A stretch of DNA of 64,000 bases from Octopus bimaculoides (taxonomy: Eukaryota). Under the pieces are notes generated by a model that saw only the letters and a list, made by a program, of their open reading frames with translations, was not told where the DNA came from and did not search any database. The DNA lies in contig NC_068981.1 in NCBI RefSeq assembly GCF_001194135.2, positions 65,284,776-65,348,775 of the forward strand, written 5' to 3'. Both the position numbers and the translations under genes were made by a program. Positions 40,559 through 53,863 of this stretch are shown here, one piece after another. Position 1 is the first letter of the stretch; each line of letters begins with the position of its first letter.

Positions 40559-41121
40559 TCATTCACTTTCTCTCTTTCTCTCTCCTCCCTACCACCTCTC
40601 TCTCTTTCTCTCCCTCTCCACTATTTTTCCTCTCTCTCCTTTTCTCCCTTCCCTCTCTCCTTTTCTTCTCTCCTTTTCTCCCTTTCCTCCCTCTCCCATC
40701 TTTCCTTCCCATTTCTTTCCTCTACCCTCCTTCTACCCTCTCTCTGCACACACACACACAAACACACACACACTTGTTTCCTTTTCTCATTTTACTGGTT
40801 TTTGTCCATTAGACTGCAACCATACAGGAGTACTACCTTGAAGTGTTTTAGTCAATCATTTAAAACTCCAATACTTTATCTGATACATATTTATATCTAC
40901 CTTGTGAGAGGAGAAATATAAAGTTGAAGTAGTCATAAAAGGATGTAACCAAAGCAGAATAAAATGCTACAAGGTACTTTTGTTTGACAAGCCATTCTTT
41001 CACACCAGACATGTGTGTATGTGCATGTGTGTATCGAAGTGTGGATGAACTCAGTAAATTCAACAGCCATCCATCAACAGGGACTGAGGCACCCCTAGTC
41101 TTTGTTTAGACATCTCTCTAG

Positions 41122-41194
41122 ATGATGGACAACTCTGATATAATACTTGTAACTTCCTTTGCTTCCAATGATGTAGACTACTTCTTCTTTTTGG
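41122..41194 (+). CDS. Candidate coding exon (MMDNSDIILVTSFASNDVDYFFFL)
   Basis: Acceptor ctttgtttagacatctctctag, donor GG|gtaaat, phase 0 to 1. Confidence 0.35.
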
Positions 41195-41742
41195 GTAAAT
41201 GTATATATTTATTTAGAGAATGTAATTGGCCCTGTGCTCGTCCTTTCTTCACTTTAAGAAGCTTCAAGCAAAGGCATCACTTGATTTTTAATGTCTCTAT
41301 TATGTGCTACATACTATGACTGGCCATAGCCATAGAATATCAAAACACTCAATGAAAATTTCCATAATAGAATGAAAGCATGGGCGGTAACTCTATGAGC
41401 ACCTACTATCAGCTTGGGTGAACGATTCTCTGAACACCTGTTTCAAGAGGTTCTCAGCATTGTTACATCTGTGTAAAACAGTGTAGGTCCCTTGTGGGGA
41501 TAGAAAAACCACCTCTGTGTTGCTTTAAGAACACAATCAAGTGATAGCAATGGAATTACTCAGGATCAAGTTTCAGCCATCTTATATGTATATGTGTATG
41601 AACGTATGTATATATATGTATACCTGTGTGTGTGTGTGTGTGTATATATATGTGTGTGTATGTGTATGTATGTATAATATATTTTATTCTCTGATTTCTC
41701 TCTGTAACTTACACAGAACCTTTCATGTTTGTTTACAAATAT

Positions 41743-41795
<53 letters not shown>

Positions 41796-42304
41796 ATGTA
41801 TGTATGCACGTACATGTGTGTGTGTGTGTGTATGTATGTATGTAAATGTTATTCACTTTAATAGCCACCTTTGCAAACATGGTGTTTTACAGCTAGGTAT
41901 TTTTCTTAGTGCTAAGCACTCAATCATGAAATTAGAAACTAACCGGGGCGGGGGGTTGATACACAGTTGAAGTGGAATAAACAAAGTTGTCATGCCCAGG
42001 TGCCACTATAGATGTAATTAGATTTCACGCATGATGATGATGATGATGTCCTTGTAGTCTAACTCCTTCATTCATAACTAGTATGCCTTATGAATCATTT
42101 GATTCCTTTAAATCTACTTGTCTGAAGAAAATCACAAGTGACATGTGGAGCATTATCATTTGGCAGGGTTGAACCAAATACCTTGCAGTATTTCTGCTTG
42201 CTCTTTACACTCCCATTTTAAACCCCTCTGAAGTTAACTTAGCTTTTCATCCTTCTGGGGTGGATAAAATAAAGTGCCTGTTGAGTATTACAATCTATTT
42301 AGTT

Positions 42305-42576
42305 CAGTGGCTCCCAAACTTTTTTGAGCTGCTGCCCCCTTGACACGCAGGCCACATTCCTGGCACCCCAACCCCAACTAACCATCACAAACAGACCTCT
42401 TTCTAAAGTAAATTCAAAGCAACTGTATTTCACAAATAAAACTTAACCTAATGAACCTATTATTTTGTTGTTTTTACACGAATCACTACCACATTATCAC
42501 CCCACTTTTCTTAAACGCCCCCATGGAACTTTCCACTGCCCCCAGGGGGACAATACCATCCACTTGGGAACCACTG
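42305..42576. mobile_element. hAT (Charlie-like) MITE
   Basis: TIRs CAGTGGCTCCCAA / TTGGGAACCACTG (12/13 match). Flanking 8-mers ATTTAGTT and ATTCAGTT (7/8) form the 8-bp target-site duplication characteristic of hAT. Confidence 0.88.
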
Positions 42577-42725
42577 ATTCAGTTGATTAAACTCCACTTG
42601 CTAAATTTATATCCTTGTACATATATCAGAAATGATTTTGTTTTTTTAGGTGACAACTTTGTCATGTGATTTTCTTTGTAATCTAAATCTCTTGCTGATT
42701 ATATTTTTATATTTCTATACAATAG

Positions 42726-42771
42726 ATTTCTTATATACTCACAGTATTTTTAAAATAAATAAGAGTGTAAC
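42726..42771 (+). CDS. Candidate coding exon (FLYTHSIFKINKSV)
   Basis: Acceptor tttttatatttctatacaatag, donor AC|gtatca (weak), phase 1 to 2. Confidence 0.18.
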
Positions 42772-43105
42772 GTATCAATAGCTCAACGGTGGTTTAAGTC
42801 TCTGGACTGTAACCATATTGGAGTATTGTCTTAACAATCCTATCCTCATTTCAGTTTGGTACCTTTTTTTTGTTGTTGTTGTTTTCTGTTTATTGAATGA
42901 TTAAGTTATAAGTTACTTTTTCTCATGTAAAGAGATGCAAACAGACACACTAAGCTATTTCATTGCTTTTGTTTACCAAATTCCAGTTACAAGACCAAAA
43001 GTACAGACATTTTCTTAAGATGGTGTACAGTGAGATTAAACACAGAGCCATATGGTTGAGAAAGGAGCTTCTTAACCACTTGGTTAATTTTTATCTTATC
43101 ATTGT

Positions 43106-43510
43106 GCTTTTACTTGTTTCAGTCACTGGACTACATTCATGGTGGGGCACCACCTTGAAAAGCTTAGTCAGACAAACTGCTTCATTGTACTTATTATTAG
43201 GTCTTGTACTTATTTTTTTTTGATCATTTTTACCTAACCGTTAAGTTATGGGGACATAAACCAACGCAGGTTGTGAAGCATGTGGATGGGCAGCACAATG
43301 ATGTGTGCGCATACACACACCCATAAATACATATATACACAATGGGCCTCCACATAGTTTTTATCTACCAAATTCATTCACAAGGTATTGACCAGCTCAG
43401 GGTTATAGTAGAAAACACTTGCCCAAGGTGTTGCTGAATAGTCAGACTCTACCTCAAACTATATGGTTCAAAAGCAAGCTTCTTAACTATGCATCTATAT
43501 TGCCTGCATC
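43106..43510 (-). mobile_element. SINE family A1, diverged full-length copy
   Basis: Reverse complement colinear with 13536-13930. Confidence 0.8.
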
Positions 43511-43931
43511 TGTATTGTCAAAATGATATAGTTCATAGTTTCCAATATACTAATTTTTTTTTTTTTTTTTTCATGTAAAACCATCAAAATAAAATTATAA
43601 TTATGACATAAAATGTAAAAAGACACAAAGCCAAAGTTCTCTGATGTGATGTGGTTAACCATTGCCACTTCAGCTTGAAATGAATAGTTAATCAGTTAAA
43701 AATTATTCTATCTGTAATAAACCTAAGAATTTATGCATGCCAATATTGATTTCTTAACTTTAGAAATCAATATTGATTTCTTACAAAACATGACAATATT
43801 AATCTCTTTGTATTAATCCTTCTNNNNNNNNNNNNNNNNNNNNNNNNNNNNNNNNNNNNNNNNNNNNNNNNNNNNNNNNNNNNNNNNNNNNNNNNNNNNN
43901 NNNNNNNNNNNNNNNNNNNNNNCTCTCCCTC

Positions 43932-43972
<41 letters not shown>

Positions 43973-44584
43973 TCTCTTGTATTAGCCAACATTTCTGTTG
44001 TTTTCCCCCGCTACTATTCACCCCAGCCCCCTCTTCTTGTAGTTGTATCATAATAACAGTTACTATCTACTTTTATAATGTGTGTGTAAGAGAGAGAAAC
44101 TAAGTAACTGCTGCACTTTCTGCTAGAGGTTGATGACCTGCCCCTATTCTTAATCATTACCATTTTCTCTGTCTCTTTTTTAAATGTATATGTATGCATC
44201 CACACACACACATGCAGACATAACATTTATATTGTAATGAGCATCTGTTAAAAGCTCAACAATATGTTTTCACATAAAACTATAACACAATGTTGGCCTT
44301 AAGTCAATCTATGTCACAAGGTGGCCAGTGGTAAAACCACTGGTAAATTTTATACTTTGACAAATCACTACAGGCAATCAGAAATAGACTGGTAGCATGT
44401 TACAACAGGCAAGTTTTGTCAAGGAAGTTGGCAATGTGCAACTAGGAGCATTCTTGAATGGTTGGTATGTTGTGGCCATAGGTATATTTAGGAGTAAGTT
44501 AGTAGTCTTACATGGGTTGATATCTCTTGGTCAGAAGCAGTTTCAGACATGTTGGTGTGGTTTATTTAAATAATAATAATAATA

Positions 44585-45372
44585 AATGATTTCAAATTTT
44601 GGCACAAGGCCAGCAATTACGAGGGAAGGGGTAGGTCAATTACATTGACCCCAGTGTTCAAAAAGGTTAAAGTTAACCTCTGCAGAGTTTGAACTCAGAA
44701 TGTAAAGACAGATGAAATACTGCTAAGCATTTTGCCCTGCGTGCTAACGTTTCTGTCAGCTTGCTGCCATTATAACAACAACAACAATAATCCTTTCTAC
44801 TATAGGCACAAGGCCTGAAATTTGCGGGGAGGGTTAAGTTGATTACATCAACCCCTGTGCTCAACTGGTACTTAATTTATTGACCCTGAAAGGATGAAAA
44901 GCAAAGTCTACCTAGCAGAAATTGAACTCAGAATGTAGAGTCAGAAGAAATGCTGCTAAACATCTTCCCCAGCTCAATAACAGTTCTGCCTGCTCTAGTA
45001 GTAATTCTTTCTGTTATTAGCACAAGGCCTGAAATTTTGGGGCAAGTGGGCTAGTTAATTATATTGACCCTAGTGCTCATCTGATATTTATTTCATAGAT
45101 CCTGAAAAGATGAAAGGCAAAGTTGGTCTTAGTGGAATTTGAACAAGGCACACGAGACAAAATGCTTCATGGAATAATAATCCTTTCTATTAAAGGCACA
45201 AGGCCTGAAATTTTGGCGGAGTGGACAAGTTGATTACATTAACCCCAGTGTTTCACTGGTACTTATTTTATTGTCCCTGAAACGGCAAAATTTGAACTCA
45301 GAATGTAAAGACGGATGGAATGCTGCTAAGAATTTTACCCAGCATGCTAACAATTCTGCCAGCTTGCCACCT
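44585..45372 (-). mobile_element. Cluster of four head-to-tail SINE family B copies
   Basis: GGCACAAGGCC...GAACTCAGAATGT...GCTAAGCATTT blocks recur near 44600, 44805, 45020 and 45195, separated by (AAT)/(AAC) tails. Confidence 0.85.
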
Positions 45373-45863
45373 TAATGATGATAATGATGATGATGACAAT
45401 AACAATATTTGTTTGGGTTGCAGTTTATTTACTATCTTGAATGAATCATGTATTACTGAAATAATGGAGAGGCAAAGAGGAAAACAAAATCACTATTTAA
45501 AAAATATTAAATAAAAGTAATGAATTTTTAATTAGATCCAAAGTTGAATTGGGTAGAGGAGATGTGAAATTGATACATTTCCTCAAATACATTTGCTAAT
45601 TCAGGCCATCCATTAGGACCTGAAATTAAAATGTCTAACTTTATTCACCAAAGAATGATGTTCTGTTGTGAAGAAAATATTTCTTTAACTATAGTTTTAA
45701 GCAATCTTATTATGTTTAACTGCTTTTGCATATAAATTATCCAAATATAAAACTGTGTGGGGAATGAAGAAAGACTATACATGTGTACTTGTACGCACGT
45801 ACAGACATATATGTGAATGAATAAAAGCTTTGTGATTAAAAATTTTTTTTCTCTTTCTATCAG

Positions 45864-45927
45864 ATTATCAAGTCAGGATCAAATAAGAACCTTATCAGCT
45901 TTCATTATGAAGAAGCCGATAAAATAA
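45864..45927 (+). CDS. Candidate terminal coding exon (LSSQDQIRTLSAFIMKKPIK-stop in phase 2)
   Basis: Strong acceptor ttttttttctctttctatcag. All three frames stop within 84 nt, with no convincing donor before the stops. Confidence 0.25.
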
Positions 45928-47932
45928 CATTGTTGTTTTCCATTTAGAATGCATTCATTTTTGACATCTGTCAAAGGAAAATACAATAATTGACCAATTG
46001 CTTGTATTAATGCAAATACTTGAGTATATATTTGAATGAAGTTTTTCTTTTTGCTGTTTCAATAATATTTTCAAAATATTAGTGCTGTTTTTTTTTTTTT
46101 TTTTTTTTTTTTTTGTTTTTTTTTAAGGGGGAAAATTCAGACAAATTTAACAAAAAAATAAGAGAAAGATTGGGTGTTACTGTCTTCTCTCTGTCAGACC
46201 ATTACAATCTTTCACTAAAGATTGTTATTAAAAATGAAATTTAATTTGAATTTCATACAACTGTAGATGTCATCTGTAGTTTGTTCTCTTTCTTTGATAA
46301 TTTTACAGTTGATCTTTTGATTGTTGTTTTTAAGTCTGCAGCAGCTGGCAAAAAACTGAAAGTTTCTTTGCAGTGACACATAAAGATTGGCCAGTTGTAA
46401 AATCTCCTTTCATTTACATTAAAAAGGTACAAGTTCTGAAATGGAGTAAGATTCATAAAGGTATTAACTGATAAAAAGAAGAGATCTGTGTTATTGGGTG
46501 TAAGCAAACTGTGAGTTTATGGCATCAGACCAAAGAAGTTAAAATCCTTAATTACTAATTTGTGTGTGTGTGGGGTGGGAGGTAGTCATGTCTCAGGAAA
46601 AGTTAGTTGTCTCTTCAAGTGACAACGGTCAAGACAAAGGTCAAGACAACATCTGTAATTCATCCTTATGCACATCAAGTTGTTTATCCCTGCCCCCATT
46701 GACCCTTATCAAGAACTGAGGGAAAGAGAGAGAGAGACGGAGGGGAGGGAGGAAAACTAACTACTGTTCTTCCTTCTTGATGCTGGTGACCTGTCTCTTA
46801 ATTCTACTTGTTTCCATTTTCTTTCTGTCTCTTTTTTTAAATGTTTATGCACGCATCCAAACACATGCACACATCTATTATAAACAGTCATTATAATGCA
46901 TGTCTGAATTAAAATATTCCAGCTGTGGCCCTCCCATCTTTCTTCTGACATGTTTTCCCCTGTTGAATGACAACATGGAGGCTCCCTTGGTTTAATTTCT
47001 CCAACGAGTAGAATTAACATCCGAGCAAAAGGAAATTTTTATGCAAGCTGCTTATAAAAAAATAAATGTCAGTGATTAATCATCGTAACTGACAATTTCA
47101 ACTGGGGAACAACAGGATTGGTGTAATACAATGTAAGATTGAAATTTGCAATTAACACTAAATGCTGCCTGTTTTAGTTTGGGAGGAAGCTACAGAAAGT
47201 TATATAATATTGAAGACATTTAGACATTCCTAAATTACAACCTGTTGCCGGTCAATAGCATATTCTGTGATATAACAAGACTCTAGCCAGGCAGCAAATG
47301 ATATGATAGTGATTGTTGTTTAGCCCATGTCTACAGTTCTTGAGCAGACCTATGATCAATTGCATTCTAGCCATGACTATCCAGTTTCCTTTTTCTTTCT
47401 TTTTATTTTTCTGTTTTCTCTCTTTTTCCTTTCGTTCTTCTCTCTTTCACTCTTTTTTCTCTTTTTCTTTCACTTTCTTTCTTTGTTTTGTTTTTGTTAA
47501 GTTGCATTCGGTCATAGTAGCCAAATCTTATTTTAATTAAACTCTGCCACTGTAAAAAAAAAAAGATTTGGCTTCTTTTTCTAACAAACTGAATGACCAG
47601 AAAGAGGATCCCTTGTTGACTCAGTGACATGCTGATTTAAAAATATAGTAGAATATATAAGACATGGGTGACAGACCAGGCAAGAATGATATCAGCAAAG
47701 TAGGTTGTTAGTAGTTTGTTTCTTAGCCAAGAGATAAGTATGTTGAATGTTTACAAACTTCTTTGTGGTGAGAATTGAATGGCATTAGATATCTCAAACT
47801 CTTAAGTCAATATTTTCTTGAAAGTCAAGAATGCTATTGGGGTGGGGGGATGACACCAAAGTACTCTTGTTCTCATTGACAATTAAAAAGAAAGCAGTAC
47901 GAGAAGTTGTTGAATGTAAACTGTGAGTTGTC

Positions 47933-48160
47933 ATCACCATCACCATTGTTTAACATCCACTTTCCATGCTGGCATGGGTTGGACACTGACTTGGAGCTGG
48001 CGAGCAGGGAGCTCTTCAGACTCCAACTGTCTATTGTGGCATGATTTCTATGACTGGATGCCCTTCCTAACACCAACCACTTACCAGAGTGTGCTGGGTG
48101 CGTTTTATGTGCCACCAGCATGGGTGCATTTACACAGCACCAGCACAGGTGCATTTAAGT
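47933..48160 (-). mobile_element. RTE LINE 3' UTR fragment (similar copy about 50575-50760)
   Basis: Matches the tail end of 21471-21910. Confidence 0.75.
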
Positions 48161-48215
48161 AGTACCCATGAAAACCTCCCAAAATGGAGTCACAAAGACA
48201 GTTAGAGAAGCTAAT

Positions 48216-48553
48216 TTGACTCTTTTGATACAAACCTGCCTGAAACCACTCCCTAGTTCTAAATGATACAGATTAAAACCTTCCACTAAGATTTCATGCT
48301 AATTTATGTTCCAAACACCAATTTGACCCTTTAGCATTCAGATTAGTCAAGAATAATCTGAATAATATTGAGATTTTGATTATCAGAATGTATATTTTTC
48401 AAACTAACATTGTAGGGTAGCTGTGAGAGGCTGGATCTGGCCATTTTGAATATAAAACAGGAAAAATAGTTTGGCTGGAACTCTTAAATGCTAAAGGATT
48501 AATTGAAACAGAGGCTGTGTATTTCAACAGAAATATGGTGACAAAAGGGTTAA
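48216..48553. mobile_element. MITE M1 containing a nested MITE M2 (48323-48502)
   Basis: Outer flanks match 14306-14539 in reverse. Inner TTGACCCTTTAGCATT...AATGCTAAAGGATTAA matches 57441-57661. Confidence 0.8.
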
Positions 48554-48699
48554 CTCTTGGATTATGAAATCTACTGATAGTTCTTCACCATGTAAGATAT
48601 ATTCTGTGAGATACAAATAAAAAAAAAATTGTGTTCATGACACCTTTCTTTTTAGCATAAAAGCATCAGATTAATCTATCAGCCCTGTTGTCTTATAAA

Positions 48700-49420
48700 G
48701 GTTAAGCATCATGGCTAGCAAATAAAGGAGATAAGAGCAGAGGAAATGGGGAATTTATCGGGGATATAGTTGTTGGAATGTTGATGTACATTCCTAAGTG
48801 CATATTTAATCAAGTAGTTAAAAAAATATACTTAATGACTGATAAAGCCTTACATAAGTACTGTGTACTTTTGTAAGGGTAGAGGTGGGTGAACTGAATA
48901 GGGGCAATTATAGATGTTTGAAGCTGAGCAATGAAGTCATGAAAGTAAAGTTTGAAATATTGAAATAAATTAAATGCTAAGTGGGTTTAGTTTACATAAG
49001 TATGAATTTGTTGGGGTAAAAAAAGACTATATTTTTATTTTGACGATTGTGAGAGAAGTTTTTAATTAAGAGCAAATCACTCCATGTTGCATTTCTTACC
49101 ACTGAAAAGACCTTTGACAGGGTATTACACTTTGTAAGCTTGTAGATAAATGTCTCTTGAGACTTGTGCTTCATGAATCTGGATGCTACAACCAAAGTCA
49201 AGATTAACAATGACTACAAAAGAGAAATTAGTGAACATATTGATGTTTGCTGATGCACTACTCTCAATTCTTTTTTGTTCATTACAGTTATTGAGAAGGT
49301 AAATAACACAGGACTTTACAATTGAGAGTCTTTGGGAACTCTTATATACTGATGGTCTGAGTTCTCAATACAGGATATTAAAGAACTGCAAAAAAACAAG
49401 TTCTAGAGATGACAGAATGG
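48700..49420 (+). mobile_element. Degraded RTE LINE reverse-transcriptase core
   Basis: IFLF*RL*EKFLIKSKSLHVAFLTTEKTFDRV (about 49030-49125) matches IF.LRQL.EK......LY.AF.D.EKAFDRV. LWELLYTDGL (about 49330-49360) is a decayed PWELLYADDL. Confidence 0.78.
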
Positions 49421-52242
49421 TCTTGGCTCCCAATACCTAAATGTTCACGTGGCAAAAAACAAGATACTAATAAGTAAAAGAGTAAAGACCTCTTTGGTCA
49501 TGAATGACCATGGGGTTGCACCTAGAAAGTTACCCTCTGAGGCACTGTTCAATGTATGAAAACATGTATAATATCTCTTACATATTAATATGCAGGAAGA
49601 GTGCTTAGTCTATCAGCAAAATAATATTGGAATTAAAACCCCAAATAGTTTTAGCAAACTATAGAACAACCAATTTTGTGACCAGTTTCAATACTGCTTC
49701 TTGAATACATGTTATTGAAGCTACTTGCATGTTTTACTTTTATTATGTATATATGTCTGTATTTTTGTTTTTAATATTTATTATATTTTTTTTTTGTTCT
49801 TTAAAATATATATGATACTTATTTCTATTTACTGCCTGCAATAAGGAATTTTTTTCCCTTCAGTGTCTGTGTGTTGGTTGGGAGAGTTTCCTTTTCTTAA
49901 GATAGAAATACTCAATGTTTATTGAAGCTAAAACTGATTCCAAGTAAAAAGATCTGTTTAGCTATTCTGGAATGTTTCTTTCAAGAAACCATGGGTTTGT
50001 AAGATATCTATCCTAGTTGGTAAACAATGTCTGCTATTTCATTACCCTTCCATTACGTCTTAAACTATATCCTTGCCTATCTCCAAGTTATATATTTTCA
50101 TCATTATTTTCTTTTTTTTATGACTATTTCAATTTTGTGGATACTATGCTGTTTTCCCTTTTATTTATATACTTTTAGTTTCAGTCATTATTTTGTAAAT
50201 GTTTTTCATTTTTACTAATTTCCTATAACTACTTCATTCCATTAATAAAGATTGAACTTGTTGACATTATGCAGATTTCAAAATCTTTTTATGGAATAAG
50301 ATTTTGTTTAGTTTTATCTGCTACCATTGAAGGACTTGAATAGAGTCTGTACATCAAACTAATGAAATACTCATTAGTTTATATAATGTTTTCAGCACCT
50401 TGTGGTACTTATTTTTAATTTGTTGACTGGGCCAATGAGAACTGTCATGAATATAGTATGTCTCTAGTGCTAAGTTTACATAGTATTGGCTATGGTGTTT
50501 CTTTGTTGCCTTTGTAACACTAGCATCTTGACTTGTTGGAACTCCCCGCACCACCATCCCATTCTCATGTATAATCATCAACATCATTTAATGTCTGTTT
50601 TCCATGATGATATGGGTTATACTGTTCAACAGGAACTGGGGAGTCAGAAGACTGCACCAAGCCCTGTTATCTGCTTTGCTACAGTTTCTATGCCTGGATG
50701 CCCTTCCTGAAACTAACCATTTTACAAAGTGTACTGAGTGCTTTGTACATGGTCCCAGCAACAGTTAGGTTACTGGGGTGGAAGGTGGGGTATAATATAG
50801 TTAAAAACTTAGGGTATCATCCCACTACATTGTAGCTTGAGCAAATGTAATTTTCTAGTCTCAAGTCAACTCATACCTTGTGAGTGAAACTGGGTTCAGC
50901 CATCAAGTGAGTTGTACCTGTAATTCAAAAGATGGAGCATTGTCACACACTGTATCATTTTGGTTTTACCTGGGAATGGCCTTAAGGGTACACATGTCTG
51001 TGGAATACTCATCCACTTGTTAACTCAGGAACAGTGAATTTAGATGACTGAGCAACTGAAATCTCATTGTTTAATGATGGAGATCCACCATGTGTGTGTG
51101 TGTGCGCATGTGCTTCCTTGTCTTAACAGCACATGATAGTTGTAAACTAGTGTCATTGTCATACAAGCAATATCATTAATTTCCAATTTTCCATGTAGAA
51201 TATGTCTGGTCATGAGGAAATATTACCTTGTGTAGAAACAAGTGAGAGTTGGCAATAGAAGGGGCATCTGACCACAACAAATTTTGTCTGACCCATACAA
51301 GCAAGGAGAGGTGAATGCTAAAATGGTAATGATGATGGTGTATGTGTGTGCATGTGTGCGGTACCCACATAGCACTTGTTGAACTTGGTTATGAGGAATT
51401 AAGTTCCTTGGCTACAGACATCACAGAGTAATAAACTACCAACCTCTTGCCTGGTTCTTTGTTGTCTTATTGATCAACCAGCTGTGCTTTGTTCAGCCAA
51501 GAAATCAAAACTCTAGGACTTTAATATATCATAATTGTTATTCCCTAATGAAATGTTTTCTTCTGATTTTTCTCAGCCATGTTACTATCTATTGTAACAT
51601 TGATGACAGAAGTAAAAATTTCAAAGAACAAGCATAGTTACAAAACATAACGTTATCGATACATTAGTGAGGTTACTAAACCCACTACAACAAGGCAACC
51701 AAACTCTTTACTAAAGAATTACAACATCTGCTAACTTTGTCTGCTTCATTACACTGATAGAATTCTCTCAGATGCCTTTATTTCAAAAACCTTTTGATAG
51801 TATCCAGTTAGAAATTTACTTCTTTCTTTGACAACTAATTATGGTCACACTACATGTAAGAAGTACAAAGTATCTACTTCATTCTGTTAATGAATGGATA
51901 ATTATGGAGTTGGTAAGTGTGCAATATGCTAGTAAGAAATGTGTGATAATCATGCAATTTGTCTCATTTCTAGAAGGCACATTCCAAGAAACATGTTCAT
52001 AAGTTTGTGACGTATATGTTGTTGATTTTTCTTTGCATTTTGTGTGTTCATGTGCATGTAAGCTTGTATGAGTGTATTTATGTGAATGTAACTGTGTATC
52101 AGGGTATGTGCATACATGTGTATGTATGCTTACATGTAAGAGCATGTGTGTGTGTGTGTGTGTGTGGAGGTTTATTTTACTAAGTGCATGTTTAACTACA
52201 TACATATCCTTTTCTTCAAACCTGAACTATATGTCATTTCTG

Positions 52243-52310
<68 letters not shown>

Positions 52311-53667
52311 CGTGCGCGCGTGTGCGCAGATCTGTAGCCATGTTTGCAGATAATATATATATATATATTCATACTTGAAAATATACACAAGTGCTGAAAT
52401 TTGCTGGGCTATTAAATTTGTCTTTTTTGTTTCTTTTTGCACAGTTCAATCTCCAGTTATGGTTAGATGTTTGTTACTGAATATGTACATTGTCCTTGTC
52501 TGGAGCCTTTAATTCTAAATGAAGATTATTCATATCCTAGTACACTATCATCATTGCATGTACAATTTTTACATTTTCCAGCACATTAAAAATTTTGTCA
52601 TGGCATCCATATTGAATAGAAATCAATGTTCAATTTACTGATTAGTTTACCCTAAGTACTACATGTATGCTGCACTTTTCATTTTTGTTCTTTTTTAAAT
52701 TTCCACTGTATTTTTTTATTTTTATACCTGTTACAGAAAATTCATCATCACCATTTTAACATCCATTTTTCTATACTCTCATATGCTTCCCTGTCTCACA
52801 CCATATATGAAAAATACATGGTTTATTGAGCTTTTTCAATGTTCTTCTATTCTCACTCTTTTACAAGACCTACAAATGTATAGACATTATAGATGCAGTT
52901 CTTCAAAGTGGATACATGTCTTACATGATGAACTGGTTGTCTAAGTTCTGCTAGATTACATGAACTTAGCACATAGTTCCTTTCAATTCACCAATGACAT
53001 GCTTATACAAAAAAAAAAAAAGATACAGTTTTTAAAACATCCATATCAAGCCATCATAGCCAGCTGACTATTAAACTGTAGTATGGATAGTGAGACAGCC
53101 CATACTGTGTCAAAATAAATTAGGAAATACCTACAATACTGAGTTGAAAAGATTTTGACCAATGGCTCAACATATAAAGAAAATTTTTATATATAAAGCA
53201 TACATTTTTGAGGAACAGTTATTCAGTCCATCATATGAACTTGTATCCACTCTCAAGCTTAAAGTAGAAATTACACCAAAATCCACAGTGACACAACCAT
53301 TCTTGAAGAGTCTGAGTGGAGGGAAAGAGGGAGAGAGAAAGAATTTGCAGAACATATAAGAACAGTAAGCAATGTCTCACTCAACAAATACTTCACTTGA
53401 GTAACCTACCTAAGGATGGTAAGAACTTTACAACTTCATCTATTCATTTGTGGAAAGTCTTACAATGGAATGAGAGTAGAATTTATACTGAAAGCTCCTA
53501 TAATAGAATAAATATTAAAATGAAGAATGCCAGAAGACCTGTTGATTTAAAGGAAGTCACATATTGTTATGGAATGAAATTCCTGTTATGGATAATAAAA
53601 AAAAAAAAACCACTGTGGAAATTAAAAATCAAAGAAGCAGTATATATGAAATACTTACTGATAAATA

Positions 53668-53830
53668 GGTGTAGGAGTGGCTGTGTGGTAAGTAGCTTGC
53701 TTATGAACCACATGGTTCCGGGTTTAGTCCCACTGCGTGGCACCTTGGGCAAGTGTCTTCTACTATAGCCTCGGGCCGACCAAAGCCTTGTGAGTGGATT
53801 TGGTAGACGGAAACTGAAAGAAGCCCCTCG

Positions 53831-53863
<33 letters not shown>

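Noticed and set aside
42987-43082. Open frame LQDQKYRHFLKMVYSEIKHRAIWLRKELLNHL with splice-like ends
   Set aside because: Mostly the reverse complement of a SINE A head.
53316-53768. 150-aa + strand ORF
   Set aside because: The last part is SINE A, and the rest is A-rich with no motif I recognise in any frame. Possibly a decayed element, not supportable as a gene.
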